From the human T2T-CHM13v2.0 reference genome, Homo sapiens: a DNA stretch of 64,000 bases. The translations under genes and the position numbers were made by a program. Below, piece by piece: positions 14,242 through 30,770 of the stretch. Position 1 is the first letter of the stretch. Every line of letters begins with the position of its first letter. The stretch lies in the NCBI RefSeq assembly GCF_009914755.1, contig NC_060942.1; one strand, given 5' to 3'. Under the pieces are notes generated by a model. It was not told the origin of the DNA. It did no database searches and saw only the letters and a program-made list of their open reading frames with translations.

Positions 14242-14568
14242 ATGGCGGACACCCCTCCCCCAGCCTCGCTGCCACCTTGCAGTTCGATCTCAGACTGCTG
14301 TGCTAGCAGTGAGCGAGGCTCTATAGGCGTGGGACCCTCCAAGCCAGGCGTGGGATATAATCTCCTAGTGTATTGTTTGCTAAGACCATTGGAAAAGCAC
14401 AGTATTAGGGTGGAAGTGTCCCAATTTTCCAGGTACCATGTGTCACGGCTTCCCTTGGCTTGGAAAAGGAATTCCCTGACCTCTTACGCTTCCTGGGTGA
14501 GGCGATGCCCCGCCCTGCTTCTGCTCACAGTCCGTGGGCTGCACCCACTGTCCGACAAGCCCCAGTGA
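14242..14568 (+). CDS. L1 antisense ORF0 homologue, open for 108 codons (putative; translation unproven)
   Basis: MADTPPPASLPPCSSISDCCAS... resembles L1 ORF0 (MAGAPPPASLPPCSLISDCCAS..., recalled); start context gcaATGG. Confidence 0.6.
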   Translation: MADTPPPASLPPCSSISDCCASSERGSIGVGPSKPGVGYNLLVYCLLRPLEKHSIRVEVSQFSRYHVSRLPLAWKRNSLTSYASWVRRCPALLLLTVRGLHPLSDKPQ

Positions 14569-15112
14569 GATGAACCCGGTACCTCAGCTGGAAATGCAAA
14601 AATCACCCGTCTTCTGCGTCGCTCATGCTGGGAGCTGTAGACTAGAGCTGTTCCTATTTGGCCATCTTGGAACCTCTCCGAAATTTATTTTATTAAAGGG
14701 ACTCCAGTGAAATTCATATTAAATTTTACAGTACAGCAAAGAGTATTTATGATCTTTAAACTTGTTTTAAAAACAATATGTGCTTTTGGAAAAAAGTTCT
14801 AGATAAGACCAGATAAAATATATATATACATTATTTAAATCATTATTTAGTAATAAAAATACAACAATAAAACATATTTTTATAATCATTTATGCTACAT
14901 TTCCAAAATGTTTTTCAAACTGTATCTTAATTTAAAAACTATACACAATATATATGTATTATGTAGCACATATATTAATTAACTGATTCACTAACCACTA
15001 TGTAAAAACCATGGTGCTAGGTCAATGCAGTAGCCATGGGATAGTAGAAATAGCCCAAAGATGATACTTATAAGCTCATAGTCTACTAGAGCAATGCAGA
15101 AAACAAAATAAA

Positions 15113-15427
<315 letters not shown>

Positions 15428-16599
15428 TTAAGTAATAGCCACATATATAAATTGTTACAGGTATATAACCTACAGGAAAGGCCAAACAGTATTAGGTAAG
15501 TATCCAACCTTGGAAGAATAAGAAAAGGTTTACTAAATGAAGGTAAATAAATAAGTTAGATCTTAAATTTTTTGTAGATATTGCCATCCCTAAAAGAGAG
15601 GAAACTATGTGAAAGAAGCAGTCTTTTTAAAGTGCATTTTTATTTTGGAAAAACAGCCAGATATAACTGAAAATTCAGAGATGTGGGAAAAAACTACAAT
15701 GGAGGCAAATCTCTAAATGCAAAATATTGAGTCTTATGCTCTTGAAAAAAAAAGAGGTTTGGATTGAAAAATTTATGTTTCTGAAGAATAATCTGGCAAT
15801 AGGTAGAGATTATATGATGTCAAGAAGTCACCCACAGCATGAAAAAAAAACAGGAGGTTATAGATACAATTTTATCAGAAAATTCCATGTCTAGAATGTC
15901 TATTGCTATCACTATCAATTTACTTATCTTTCAAAATCTAACTCTACAGTGCTTCCTACAAGAATCATTCTTGAGGTCCGAACACAGTTAGCAATCAAAA
16001 CAAGGCTGACAGATTTGTCCAGTAAGAAAACAATGAGTAATTTTTGGATTCAGACAGTTTATTACCTACATAAACAGCAAAAGCAAGAATAGACAAAGGT
16101 GCCAGCTACTAGTATCCCTTGCACAGGATGACATTGAAACAAAGGGGCCAGATGACTATAACAAAGATGTAGGACACTCTGTTGCGGAGAAGCCCATGCC
16201 GTGCTGCAGTAAAGCAGTTTTATAAGCTGTAGCTATGCCCCAAGGAGAGCAAGGCAGAAAGCCCAGTGCTCGTCGGAACCTAGGAACCAATAAGAAACGG
16301 GCTCCTAACTGACTTCCTAATAGACTGTGAAGTAAGTGAGAATCAATCTTGCATAGTCAGCTGCTCATAAGCCTTTCATATTCTCATGTTCCAGAAGGAT
16401 CACAGGAAATTCTGCCAAGATTTAGATTGGCTGTAGTTAAGCCTTGTCTATGAAGCCCAAGGGCAGATATGCAAAATTGTCAGGCCACTGTGATGAGGCT
16501 GTTCTCATAGAACTATGTACAACCATATCATTGTCGTATTTATTATATCACAGTAGAAATATTTTGACCTAAATTGATGATAAAAACATGGCATAAGGC

Positions 16600-18090
<1,491 letters not shown>

Positions 18091-18161
18091 TGTTCATAGC
18101 AGTAGCATCTAGAACTGCACAAACTGGAAGAAAAAGAAAAAACAAATATCCTTTAACATTG

Positions 18162-18328
18162 TACAGCCTGAGTATGCCGTATACAAAATGCTTGGGACCA
18201 GAAGTGTTTGAATTTTGGAGTTCTTTGGATTTTGAAATACCTGTATCATATACTTACTGGTTGAGCATTCCTAATCCAAAAATCCAAAATCTGAAATGCT
18301 CTAGCGAACACTTCCTTTGAGCATCAAA
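18162..18328 (+). mobile_element. Tigger4a/MER46-like DNA transposon fragment
   Basis: tacag...aaaatgcttgggaccagaagtgttt...atccaaaatctgaaatgctc. Confidence 0.7.
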
Positions 18329-18524
18329 AGTTTCCATTTATTTCTTTTGAAAATGAGGGTATTTATAAAAGTGACCTTCCTTACTTAACTATTAATAAAA
18401 ATCACTAAAACATTTCACTATTATGACTTATATAAATAATGTATAATATTCTACATTGAATAGAGTAACGTATAATGCACTTGTGGCCTGGCATAAAGTA
18501 AAAGCAACTAATAGTAAATAACTA

Positions 18525-18788
<264 letters not shown>

Positions 18789-18983
18789 TCAACCACCAAG
18801 AAAGTATAATGGGCTTAATGGGCTATCTTACTGGCTATAAAAGGTTACTTAAACTCATAGTAATAGAAAAAAATGAACCAGACAAAATGGCAGAAAATAG
18901 TCTCTATCAAAATGAGACTTTTCAAGGAAAGCATAAAATACCAACTAGAGAATGTCATATAAAATACAAGTAACGATTACACT

Positions 18984-19301
18984 GGGCCAGGGGCTGTGGC
19001 TCACCCCTATAATCCCAGTGCCTTGGGAGCCTGAGGTGGGAGGATTGCTTGCGGCCAGCTTGAGCAACACAACACAGTGAGACCTCATTTCTAAAAAAAT
19101 GAAATAAAATAAAATTAAAGTAAAAAAAATTAGCCAGGTGTGGTGGTGCACACCTATAGTCCCAGCTACTCAGGAAGCTGAGGCAGGAGGATCTCTTAAG
19201 CCCTGGAGCTTGAGGTTACAGTGAACTAAGAATGTGTCACTGCACTCCAGCCGGGGTGACATAGTGAGACCCCCATCCCTTTTTAAAAAAAAAAAAAAAA
19301 A
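18984..19301 (+). mobile_element. AluJ
   Basis: diverged dimer with an expanded linker and poly(A) tail. Confidence 0.9.
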
Positions 19302-19303
19302 GG

Positions 19304-22290
19304 TTGGGGGGATTGCTGGCAAGATGGTCAAATAGGAATAGCTCCAGTCTGCAGCTCCCGGCAAGATCGACGCAGAAGGCGGGTGATTTCTGCATTTCCA
19401 ACTAAGGTACCCGGTTCATCTCACTGGGACTGGTTGGACAGTGGGTGCAGGGCACAGAGGGCAAGCTGAAGCAGGGTGGAGCATCGCCTCACCTGGGAAG
19501 CGCAAGGGGTCGGGGAATTTTCTCCACCACCCAAGGGAAGCCGTGACAGACTGAGCCTGAGGAACTCCTGCACAGATACTGCGCTTGTCCCACGGTTTTC
19601 GCAACCTACAAACCAGGAGATTCCCTCGGTTGCCTACCCTACCAGAGCCCTAGGTTTCAAGCACAAAACTGGGCGGCCATTTGGGCAGACACCAAACAAG
19701 CTGCAGTAGTTCTTTTTTCCCATACCCCAGTGGCGCCTGGAACAGCAGCGAGACAGAAGTGTTCACTCCGCTGGAAAGGGGTGCTGAAGCCAGGGAGCCA
19801 AGTGGTCTGGCTCAGCAGGTCCCACTCCCACGGAGCCCAGCAAACTAAGATTCACTGGCTTGAAATTCTCGTTGCCAGCACAGCAGCAGTCTGAGATTGA
19901 CCTGGGACGCTAGAGCTTGGTGAGGGGACGGGCGTCCGCCATTGCCGAGGCTTGAGTAGGCAGTTTTACACTCACAGTGTAAACTAAGCCACTGGGAAGT
20001 TCGAACTGGGCAGAGCCCACTGCAGCTCAACAAGGCTGCCATGGCCAGATTGCCAGATTTCCCTTGTCTGGGCAGGGCATCTCTGAAAAAGTGGCAGCAG
20101 CCCCAGACAGGGACTTATAGATAAAACCCCCATCTCCCTGGGACAGAGCACCTGGAGAAAGGGGAGGCTGTGGGCGCAACTTCATCAGATTTAAACATCC
20201 CTGCCTGACGACTCTGAAGAGAGCAGTGGACCTCCCAGCACACCGATCAAGCTCTGCTAAGGGTCAGACTGCCTCCTCAAGTGGGTCCCTGACCCCCGTG
20301 TATCCTGACGGGGAGACACCTCCTAGTAGGGGCCAACCGACACTTGATACAGAAGAGCTCTGGCTGGCATCTGGCAGGTGCCCCTCTGGAACGAAGCTTC
20401 CAGAGGAAAGATCAGGCAGCAATCTTTGCTGTTCTGCAGCCTCCGCTGGCGATACCTAGGCAAACAGGGTCGAGAGTGGACCTCTAGCAAACTCCAGCAG
20501 ACCGGCAGCACATGGGCCTGTCAGAAGGAAAACTAACAAACAGAAAGGAACAGCACGTCCACTCAAAGACCCCAACCGAAGGTCACCAAGAAAGGATATC
20601 AGTGACAGAAGATCAAATTAATGAAATAAAATGTGAAGACAAGATTAGAGAAAAAAGAATAAAAAGGAACAAACAAAGGCTCCAAGAAATATGGGACTAT
20701 GTGAAAAGACCAAATCTATGTTCGATTGGTGTACCTGAAAGTGACAGAGAGAATGGAACCAACTTGGAAAACACTCTGCAGGATATTATCCAGAAGAACT
20801 TCCCCAATCTAGCAAGACAGGCCAACATTCCAATTCAGGAAATACAGAGACCACCACAAAGATACTCCTCAAGAATGCATAATCATCAAGACACATAATC
20901 ATCAGATTTACCAAAGATTAAATGAAGGAAAAAATGTTAAGGGCAGCCAGAGAGAAAGATCAGGTTACCCACAAAGGGAAGCCCATCAGACTAACAGCAG
21001 ATCTCTCAGCAGAAACCTACAAGCCAGAAGAGAGTGGGGGCCAATATTCAACCTTTCTAAAGAAAACAATTTTCAACCCAGAATTTCATATCCAGCCAAA
21101 CTAAGCTTCATAAGCAAAGGAGAAATAAAATCTTTTACAGACAAGCAAATGCTGAGAGATTTTGTCACCACCAGGCCTGCCTTACAAGAGCTCTTGAAGG
21201 AAGCACTAAATATGGAAAGGAAAAACCGGTACCAGCCACTGCAAAAGCATACCAAATTGTAAAGAACATCGACGCTATGAAGAAACTGCATCAACTAATG
21301 GGCAAAACAACCAGCTAGCATCATAATGACAGGATCAAATTCACACATAACAATATTAACCTTAAATGTAAACGGGCTAAATGCCACAATTAAAAGACAC
21401 AGACTGGCAAATTGGATAAAGAGTCAAGACCTATCAGTGTGCTATATTCAGGAGACCCATCTCACATGCAAAAAACACACATGGGCTCAAAATAAAGGGA
21501 TGGAGGATGATTTATCAAGCAAATGGAAAGCAAAAAAAAAAAAAAAAAAAAAAGCAAGAGCTACCATCCTTATCTCTGATACAAAAGACTTAAAACCAAC
21601 AAAGATCAAAAGAGAAAAAGAAGGGCACTACATAATGATAAAGGGATCAATACAGCAAGAAGAGCTAACTATCCTAAATATATATGCACCCAATACAGGA
21701 GCACCCAGATTCATAAAGCAAGTTCTTAGAGACCTACAAAGAGACTTAGACTACCACACAATAACAGTGGGAGATTTTAACACCCCACTACCAATATTAG
21801 ACAGATCAACAAGACAGAAAATTAACAAGGATATTCAGGACTTGAACTCAGCTCTTGACCAAGCGGACCTAATAGGCATCTACAGAACTCTTCACCCCAA
21901 ATCAACAGAATATACATTCTTCTTAGCACTTCATCGCACTTATTCTAAAATTGACCACATAATTGGAAGTAAAACACTCCTCAGCAAATGCAAAAGAATG
22001 CAAATCATAACAAACAGTCTTTCAAACCACAGTGCAATCAAACTGGAACTCAGGATTAAGAAACTCACTCCAAACCGCACAACTATATGGAAACCGAACA
22101 ACCTGCTCCTAAATGACTACTGAGCAAATAACGAAATGAAGGCAGAAATAAAGATGTTCTTTGAAATCAATGAGAACGAAGACACAATGTACCAGAATCT
22201 CTGGGACATATTTAAAGCAAAAAACAAAACAAAACAAAAAAGGAAAATTTCAGGCCAATATCCCTGATGCACACTGATACTAAATCCTCA
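19304..22290 (+). mobile_element. L1PA (about PA7) with intact 5'UTR, internally deleted ORF1, ORF2 endonuclease region; 3' truncated
   Basis: starts ggggggattgctggcaagatgg; CpG-rich 5'UTR; ORF 21326..22123 MTGSNSHITILTLNVNGLN...; deletion junction near 20589. Confidence 0.93.
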
Positions 22291-23110
22291 AAGATGTTGA
22301 ATAGGTATTTCTCCAAAGAAGATACACAAATAGCCATAAGAACATGAGAAGATGCTCAAAATTATTTTTCATTGGGGAAATGCAAATAAAAACCAAAATG
22401 ATACCAGTCTACACCCATTAGGATGCTATAATAACAGGTGTTGGTGAGGATATGAAGAAAATGAAACACTCATACATTGCTGGTGGGAATGTAAAATGGT
22501 ATAGCTGCTGTGGAAAACAGCTTGGCATTTCCTTGAAAAGTCAAACATAGAGTTACCATTACAGTTACCATATGAACCAACAATTCCACTCCTAATTATA
22601 TACTCAAGAGAACTGAAACACATGTCCACACAAAAATTTGTATATGAGTGTTTACAGCAACACTATTCATAATAGCCAAAAGGTAGAAACAGATCAAATG
22701 TCCACCAATGAATGAATGGATAAACAAAACATGGCATATCTATAAATAGAATATTATTCAGTCATAGAAAGAAGTAGTGATATTTGCTACAGTATGCAAG
22801 GAGCTTGGAAACATGATGCTAAGTGAAGAAGCTAGACGCTAAAGGTCACATTATTGTTTGATTTCATTTATGTGATATATCCAGAATAGGCAAATCCACA
22901 GACATAGAAAGAAGACTAGTGGCTGCCAGGGCCCAGAGGAATGTGTGAATAGGGAGAGACTTTTTCATGGATACAAGGCTTCTCTTGGGGTGATGATAAA
23001 GTTCTGGAATTAGGTAGTGGTGACAGCTGCAAACATTGCGGATATACTAAAACCATTCAAATGTACATTTTAAAATGGTTAAAATAGTGACTTTCATCTT
23101 AATATTTTTA
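22291..23110 (+). mobile_element. L1M (L1MB-like) 3' end
   Basis: tttctccaaagaagatacacaaatagcc...cattgctggtgggaatgtaaaatgg...tccagaataggcaaatccacag. Confidence 0.8.
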
Positions 23111-23486
23111 TTTTTAAAAAACAGAATTCATAACTAGAGATATGTATTTGAAAGTCATCAGTGTAAAGATAATCATAAAGTCATAGGCATAGGTATGACT
23201 GCTCAAGTAGATTTGTAGATAATTAAGAGAGAACCAGGAATTAAACCCTAGAGAACAAAACTGTGTGTGTGCATATGTGAGTGCATGTGTGTAGTGAAAG
23301 AGACCAAGCAGGTACAATCAGGCTGTAACAGATTAAACTGAAACAAAAACAAACAGAACACTATAACTGATTATTATTTAAGTATTTGAAAGAAGTATTT
23401 CTTAATTTGAAAGAAGTACAAAGTAAAACTTTGAAAATCAAAGAAAACTTGGGTTCTATATAAATGCACCTAAACCTGCAATATTA

Positions 23487-23651
<165 letters not shown>

Positions 23652-26600
23652 CTAAAAAATGAAATTTGTAAAAAATGTATTTACTAATTGAACTATATAT
23701 TGTTTCCTATAAAGGGTTTGGTTGCTAAGCAAGTTCTAGTAAGAGCTATATTACCTAACTAGTAGGTGTGGGCCTTTACTGCATTAGTAGAGATGTTCTA
23801 AATTCAAAAGATGTTTAATATATTCTCAACAAAAGAAAAACATATTTATCATATAAAATAGAAAAAAAGGACGAGAAAAACAAAACCACACATAATCATG
23901 CCACACAGAAATTGCCACTATTATATATTGATATATAACTCTCCTTTTTGTTTCTGAGAATATAAACAGAATTAAAACAGTACATTTTTCACAAACCCGT
24001 ATCAAGTGAAAAAAATCACTACTGTAACCATTTTTTCCTACTTCCCGTTATTAACAATATTTCTGCAAAAACATTAGTTTAATATCTGATTGTTTTTCAA
24101 CAATAAGGATTTACCACACTAACTCCTGGATAATCAATGATGCATAATTTCACTAAGCTGCAACACACAGTGTACTCAAGTTGGATTTTATCTTATGTAT
24201 GAATTCTGCAATAAAATTACTAAATCAAAATATTATAGTAGTTTTAATTTTTTGATATATATTGCCAAATTGTCCCTGCAAAAAATGTACCAATACATAC
24301 AATTACACAGGACATGAAAAGACCCACAGCACCCAAGCCAGTGCTATGTGGATTATTACTGCAATAATCTTTGCCACCTTGATAGGCTAGTAAACAAATA
24401 CTAGTTCTTTCTAAAGTTTTTCCTCTTTTCCCAACTAAAAAAAAAATAGATAAAGGAATATAAGAGGATTATTTCTAATAATATTGACAAAAGAAAACGT
24501 TACATTAATCAGAAGCATTAATAGATATATGGGATATTTATTAATCATCTATGATGCCTCAGGCACTGTGCTAAAAAAAAAAAGATAGTAAGATTTCATT
24601 TGACTTTTTGAATAAACTAGAAGATTTGCATTTTCATTCCTGTTTTACAGATGGGAACATAGATTTATAAAGAGGTTAAATAACTGTCTAAGTCTTAGAC
24701 AGACAAGGGCAGAGCAAGAAGCATCTTACTCCAAAGCTAGTTAATATTCCATCCTCAGCACAGTGTCACATCACTAGTGCATGTAAAAACATACAAAAAG
24801 AGATACAATCAAAATGTAACTATTGTTCTTATAAAATCCTTCACCTAAAAGAGCTCAACTCAAAATTAACTGCATTCTCTTTAGGGAAAAGAAATGAAAA
24901 TATGTAAAGAAACCTCTAAATTGCTTATAGTATATAGAGATATATACAATTATAAATAATATAACTGAGAGCTTTTGGAAACTAGTAGTGACATTTTGCT
25001 CTTATTTTACAGTATTTTAACATCTAAATAGTTTTTTTCCCAACTTTTTCTTTTATCTTAAGCAATATATGTCTTTGGATAAATTAAGATTGAATAAGAC
25101 ATAACTGCAACTTTTATGTTTCATACATGAATAAAAGAATCGAAATACACATTTAGTAAATCATAAAAATAAATAAATTTTCTATAATGTTCTGAGCCCT
25201 AAATATCCAAAAGCTGACTCACATTCACGTGCCTTCTGACTCCCAAAACTACTGACAAAATGAACAAACTGTTTATACCAAGACGCAAACTCCATCTTGT
25301 AAAACAATTTTATTATTAGGAATTATTAATTCTGATATGCTGATAAAAATTAAGTAGAAGCTACTATTAATACATGAATATACTGAAACAGTATGTGTAT
25401 ACCTAAAAATTAAGATTCTCCCAAAGAATCTCATCCTATTAATAACTTGCTTCCACTTGAAGATTACTGAAGTTTTTTTTTCTCTTTTCACCTTTGATTT
25501 ACATGTTAACACTGAAATTCAGTGAACCTCAGCAATACCACTTGTAAAATATAGGGTGAATTACCATTTCTCAAGTACAATAGAGTAGAATAAGATGTCT
25601 CTACTGATGCCTACAGATGTCAAGTGCTTAATCATATCTGAAGTTTTTGTCTTTAGACGTTAGGATTCAATCCTAATTTTAAACCAACTACTTGGGCCAT
25701 TATTTTGTCACTGTTGACCTCTAAAAGGCAACCATTTCTATAATGATGGCTCATTTTGTTTACACACACAGTTACCACTCATCATATCCAACTTTACATC
25801 CATCAGCAAGCTATGCCAAAAGTAACTGCAAGACCCTCAATAATGTCTGAGTGCACATTGAGCCCGTTACGGGAAAGCCAGCCAAGGAAAATATATATGC
25901 TGTGTAGTTCTGCTGAGCTTCACCAAAAGAAGAAAAAAACTAACAGCCCCACATTTGTGAACTTCCATCAAAAAAAATGCATTCCAAAAAGAAAGGTATT
26001 CAAATTCAGCACTTCTAGGTTACTATAAACAAAATATCATATTAAAAACAGATTAGAGGTGCAATAAACTAAATTGCCTAAGAATTACAATATGTTTGTA
26101 ATAAGTGAATGTCTTGATAAAACACATGGAAAAAAATTTCACAAGAGAAAGTTCCTAAATCTTCCCTCGGGAAGTTAGCTGATTTTTCTTTTCACTTCCT
26201 CTTAGCATTCTTCTGACTAATCAGGCGTTCATATCTGCCTAATTTTGTTTTTGCAACCACAACTTTTGTATATCTTTTCATGTATGTCCATACATTCAAA
26301 GCAATTTACTTGGAAATGTTATTTTACTGAGCTTCTTAAATCATTTCTCACTTATTTTACTCACTTCAAAGGATAAACTTTAAAAGGTACTTGATTTTCT
26401 ATTTCCAGGTTCCCTTTATCCTAAACATTGGTAGTTATATAACATATATTAATTTATCTTGTAGCATAATATTTAGGGAGTAAACCCAACTGATAGTGAA
26501 CACTTAAGTTCACTTTTGTGCACTCTTAAAAGTAGTATTATTTATAACACTTGTGGTGATAATATATGAGATAAAGTAGAAGCTTTCCGAAGAAAGGTTT

Positions 26601-26789
26601 AATACCATACAAAACCAAATAAGTAAATGTAACTGTACCAAAAATCCTTTTCAAAAACTGCATTAAAATTATAGTACAATCATCTAGAGTCTTGTAGGAA
26701 TTTAATTTTAATTTCATAACTATGAATAAATTATAAAATATACATAAACCTTATGACATACTACAAAATTAACAGTACATGTATGGTGT

Positions 26790-28436
26790 TACAAGTCTTA
26801 ACAAATATAACAAGACTGAAATCATATCTAATATCATTTCTGACCATAGTGATAAAAAACTAGAAGTCACCAAAAGAAGGAATTCTGGAGTATTCACATA
26901 TACATAAAAATTAAGCAACATGCTCCTGAACAATCAGTGGGTCAAAGAAAAAGCTAAAAGGGAAATTTTAAAATATCATGAGACAAACAAAAATGGACAC
27001 CAAACCAACCAAAACTTATGGGATACAGCAAAAGCAGGTCTAAGAAGGACATACATAACAATAAACATCTATGTCAAAAAGAAAGATATCAAGTAAACAA
27101 CCTCAAGGAACTAGAAAAAGAAGCACAAATGAAGCCAAAACTTAGTAAAAAGAAAACAATGAAGATAAGGGCAGATACAAATGAAATAGAAACTGGAAAA
27201 ACAATAGAAAACAGTAACAGAATCAAGAATTGAGATTTTGAAAAGATGAACAAAATTGACAAACCTTTAGCTAGACTAATAAAAAAAGAAGACAAAATGA
27301 GAAACGAAAAGGGAAGACATTACAACAGATACCACAGAAACACAAGGAATCGTAAGAGACTATTATGAACAATTTCATGTCAACAAATTGGACAACCAAG
27401 TGGAAAAAATTCTAGACACATAGAGCTACCAAGATGGAATCATGAAGAAACAGAAAATCTGAACAGACCAATAATAAGGAGATTAAATCAGTAATGCAAA
27501 GTCTTTCACCAAAAAAAAGCCCAAGACCTGATTGATGGCTTCACTGCTGAATTCCACCAAACATTTAAAGAATTAATACTAATCTCTGTACTCCTAAAAC
27601 CAAATGAAGAAGGAATACTTCCAAACTCACTTTATGACGGCAGCATTACACTGATACCAAAGCCAGACGTGGGAACTACAAGAAAAGAAAATTACAGGCT
27701 AATATCCCTGATAAACACAGATATAAAAAATCCTTTACCAAATACTGGCAAACTGAAACCAAGAGCACAATAAAAAGATCACTCACTATAATCAAGTGGA
27801 ATTCATTCCAGGGATGCAAGGATGGTTCAACATACACAAATGCGTAAATGTGATACACCAAATTAACAGAATTAAGAACAAAAACCACATGATTATACCA
27901 ACAGATGCAGAAAAAGCATTTGACAAAATTCAACATCCTTTCATAATAAAAACTCTCAATAAATTAAGTAGAAAAGGAATCCCAACACAATAAAGGCCAT
28001 ATATGAAAAACTCACAGCTAACATCATTCTCAATGGTGAAAAGTTTAAAGCTTTTTCTCTAAGATCAGGAACAAGACAAGGATGTCTACTCTCACCATGT
28101 CTATTCAATATGGTACTGGAAATCCTAGCCAGAGCAATTAGTATATAGAAAGAAATAAAAGGCATCCACATTAGAAAAAAGGCAAGTTAAGCTGTCCCTC
28201 TATGCTGATGATATAATCTTAAATCTAGAAAAACCTAGACTCCACCAAAAAACTTTGATCTTAAAAATGAATTCAATAAAGTTGCAGGATACAAAATCAA
28301 CATATAAAAAATCAGTAGCATTTCTATACAGTAACCGCGCCCCCCCAAAAAAAAACCTCATTTAAAATAGCTACCAAAAAAAAATTAAGATATTTAGGAA
28401 TAAATTTAATCAAAAGGTGAAAGATCTCTACACTAA
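26790..28436 (+). mobile_element. L1 ORF2 fragment (L1PB/L1MA-like)
   Basis: ORF 27796..27993 [13 protein letters not shown]...[13 protein letters not shown]; tatgctgatgat (YADD). Confidence 0.9.
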
Positions 28437-28477
28437 TGTCCAAGTTGCAGGTACCAGAATGAAATCACGCTCCAAGG

Positions 28478-28585
28478 AAAGGGGAGGGGAGGGAAGAGGA
28501 AAATGGAAGGAAAAAGCAAAGGAGAAAGGGAAGGGAGAAGGGAAGGGAGGAAAAGAAAGGACAGGAAAGAAGAAATGAAAGGAGA
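28478..28585 (+). repeat. GA-rich low-complexity tract
   Basis: (GGAAA/GGGAA)n-like polypurine run. Confidence 0.85.
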
Positions 28586-29015
28586 CTAACAACCCAATTG
28601 TGGCGGAGAACCAGCAAGGACATCAAGATACAATTCATGAAAAGACCGAATATGAAAAAATCTCCATCTAATTCAAAATAAGTTATCTATTTATAAAACC
28701 ACAAAAACCTCAGCACACACGCACCTCTACAATTTGACTCAGCAATTACAATTCTAGAAATTCAGTCTATAAATATACTTGCATATATAAGTAACCTTGA
28801 AAGTAATACATGGTTTCCATTTTTGTTAAATCTTAACTAGTGATAAAATTAAGGTTTTGTGTGCTTCTTGTAATTAACTACATAGCTTATTACTGAGTTA
28901 ATAAATGTTTATTGAGAGCTCACTATGTGCAAGGCACTATAATAAATGCTGGGTATGCAATAATGAACAAAACAGTCCCTACCTTCACCAATCTACAATA
29001 AAGGAAAAGATAATT

Positions 29016-29428
29016 ACTATGGTTTGAACATTCCCTCCAAAATTCATGTTGAAATTTAATCCCCAAAGTAACAGTATTGAGAGGTGGGGCCTTTGGAGGT
29101 GACTGGATCATGAAGGCCCTACCCTCATGAATAGACTAATCCATTCATGGATAGTGGATTAATGGGTTATCATGGAAGGGGAACTGATGGCTTTGTAAGA
29201 AGAGAAAAACCTGAGATAGCACATCAGCATGCTCAGCCCCCTCACCACATATACCCTGCATCACCTCGGGACTCTTCAGAGTCCCCACTGCAAGAAGGCT
29301 CTCACCAGATATGCCCTCTTAAACCTGGACTTCCTGCACCCCATAACTGTAAGAAATAAATTTTGTTTTTTATAAATTACCCAGCTTCTGATATTATGTT
29401 AAAAACAACAGAAAACAGCCTAAGACGA
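29016..29428 (+). mobile_element. MaLR MST-family solo LTR
   Basis: tactatggtttgaac...ctccaaaattcatgttgaaatttaatcccc...cagaaaacagcctaagac. Confidence 0.8.
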
Positions 29429-29818
29429 TAATAAACCTCTAAATAAGTTTTATATACACACAAACATTCATATCAGTTAGCATTTCTGACAACACAGTAA
29501 TTCATATTTTTACATAAAATTATCTCTAAGTTTCGCAAATGTGTTAATATATAATGAAACATATTTGCCTTATAAGATCCACTATGTCCTATATCAGTTT
29601 AGGCCCTCTTTTCTAGTTTTGTTTTGTTTTTCTTCTTATTTGTGTAAAGCTTTATCTTAGCTAAGTTGAGTAAATTCATACGGTATTTGCAAATAAATAC
29701 ATAAAGAGACAGATAGACCAACAACAGGGACCTGGCTTCTTGGGTTCTTCACACGCTTCTTAGAATAAGAAATCTGAATAGCCAAAATTTTTAGAATAGC
29801 TATTTAGAAAAATTTTAG

Positions 29819-30195
<377 letters not shown>

Positions 30196-30578
30196 TTAAG
30201 GCCTGAACGCACTTTATCTTTATAACTGCACCATCACTATACCCCCTCCTGCCTCCATCTGGCTTTGTTAGCTAACTCTCAACATGCCTATCTGGACATC
30301 CACCCTGTCCCCTGCCACCTGAACTGAAATCCCCACTTAAAAATACAGTTGCAGCAGAAAGTTCACATGCAGAACAGGTTTTATTAAACACAAGACTGTA
30401 GGTCCCATTCACTGTACAGAATTTTAATAAACACATTCACAATCGTATCAGGAAAGCCATGTTGTTATGAGCCATTCATTACATGAAGACTACTTTACCA
30501 AGCATAGACAATATAAAATTATCCTTTTCCATAATATAATGTTAATGATTTCTACAAATAAGTTATTTCCCAAACTTA

Positions 30579-30770
<192 letters not shown>

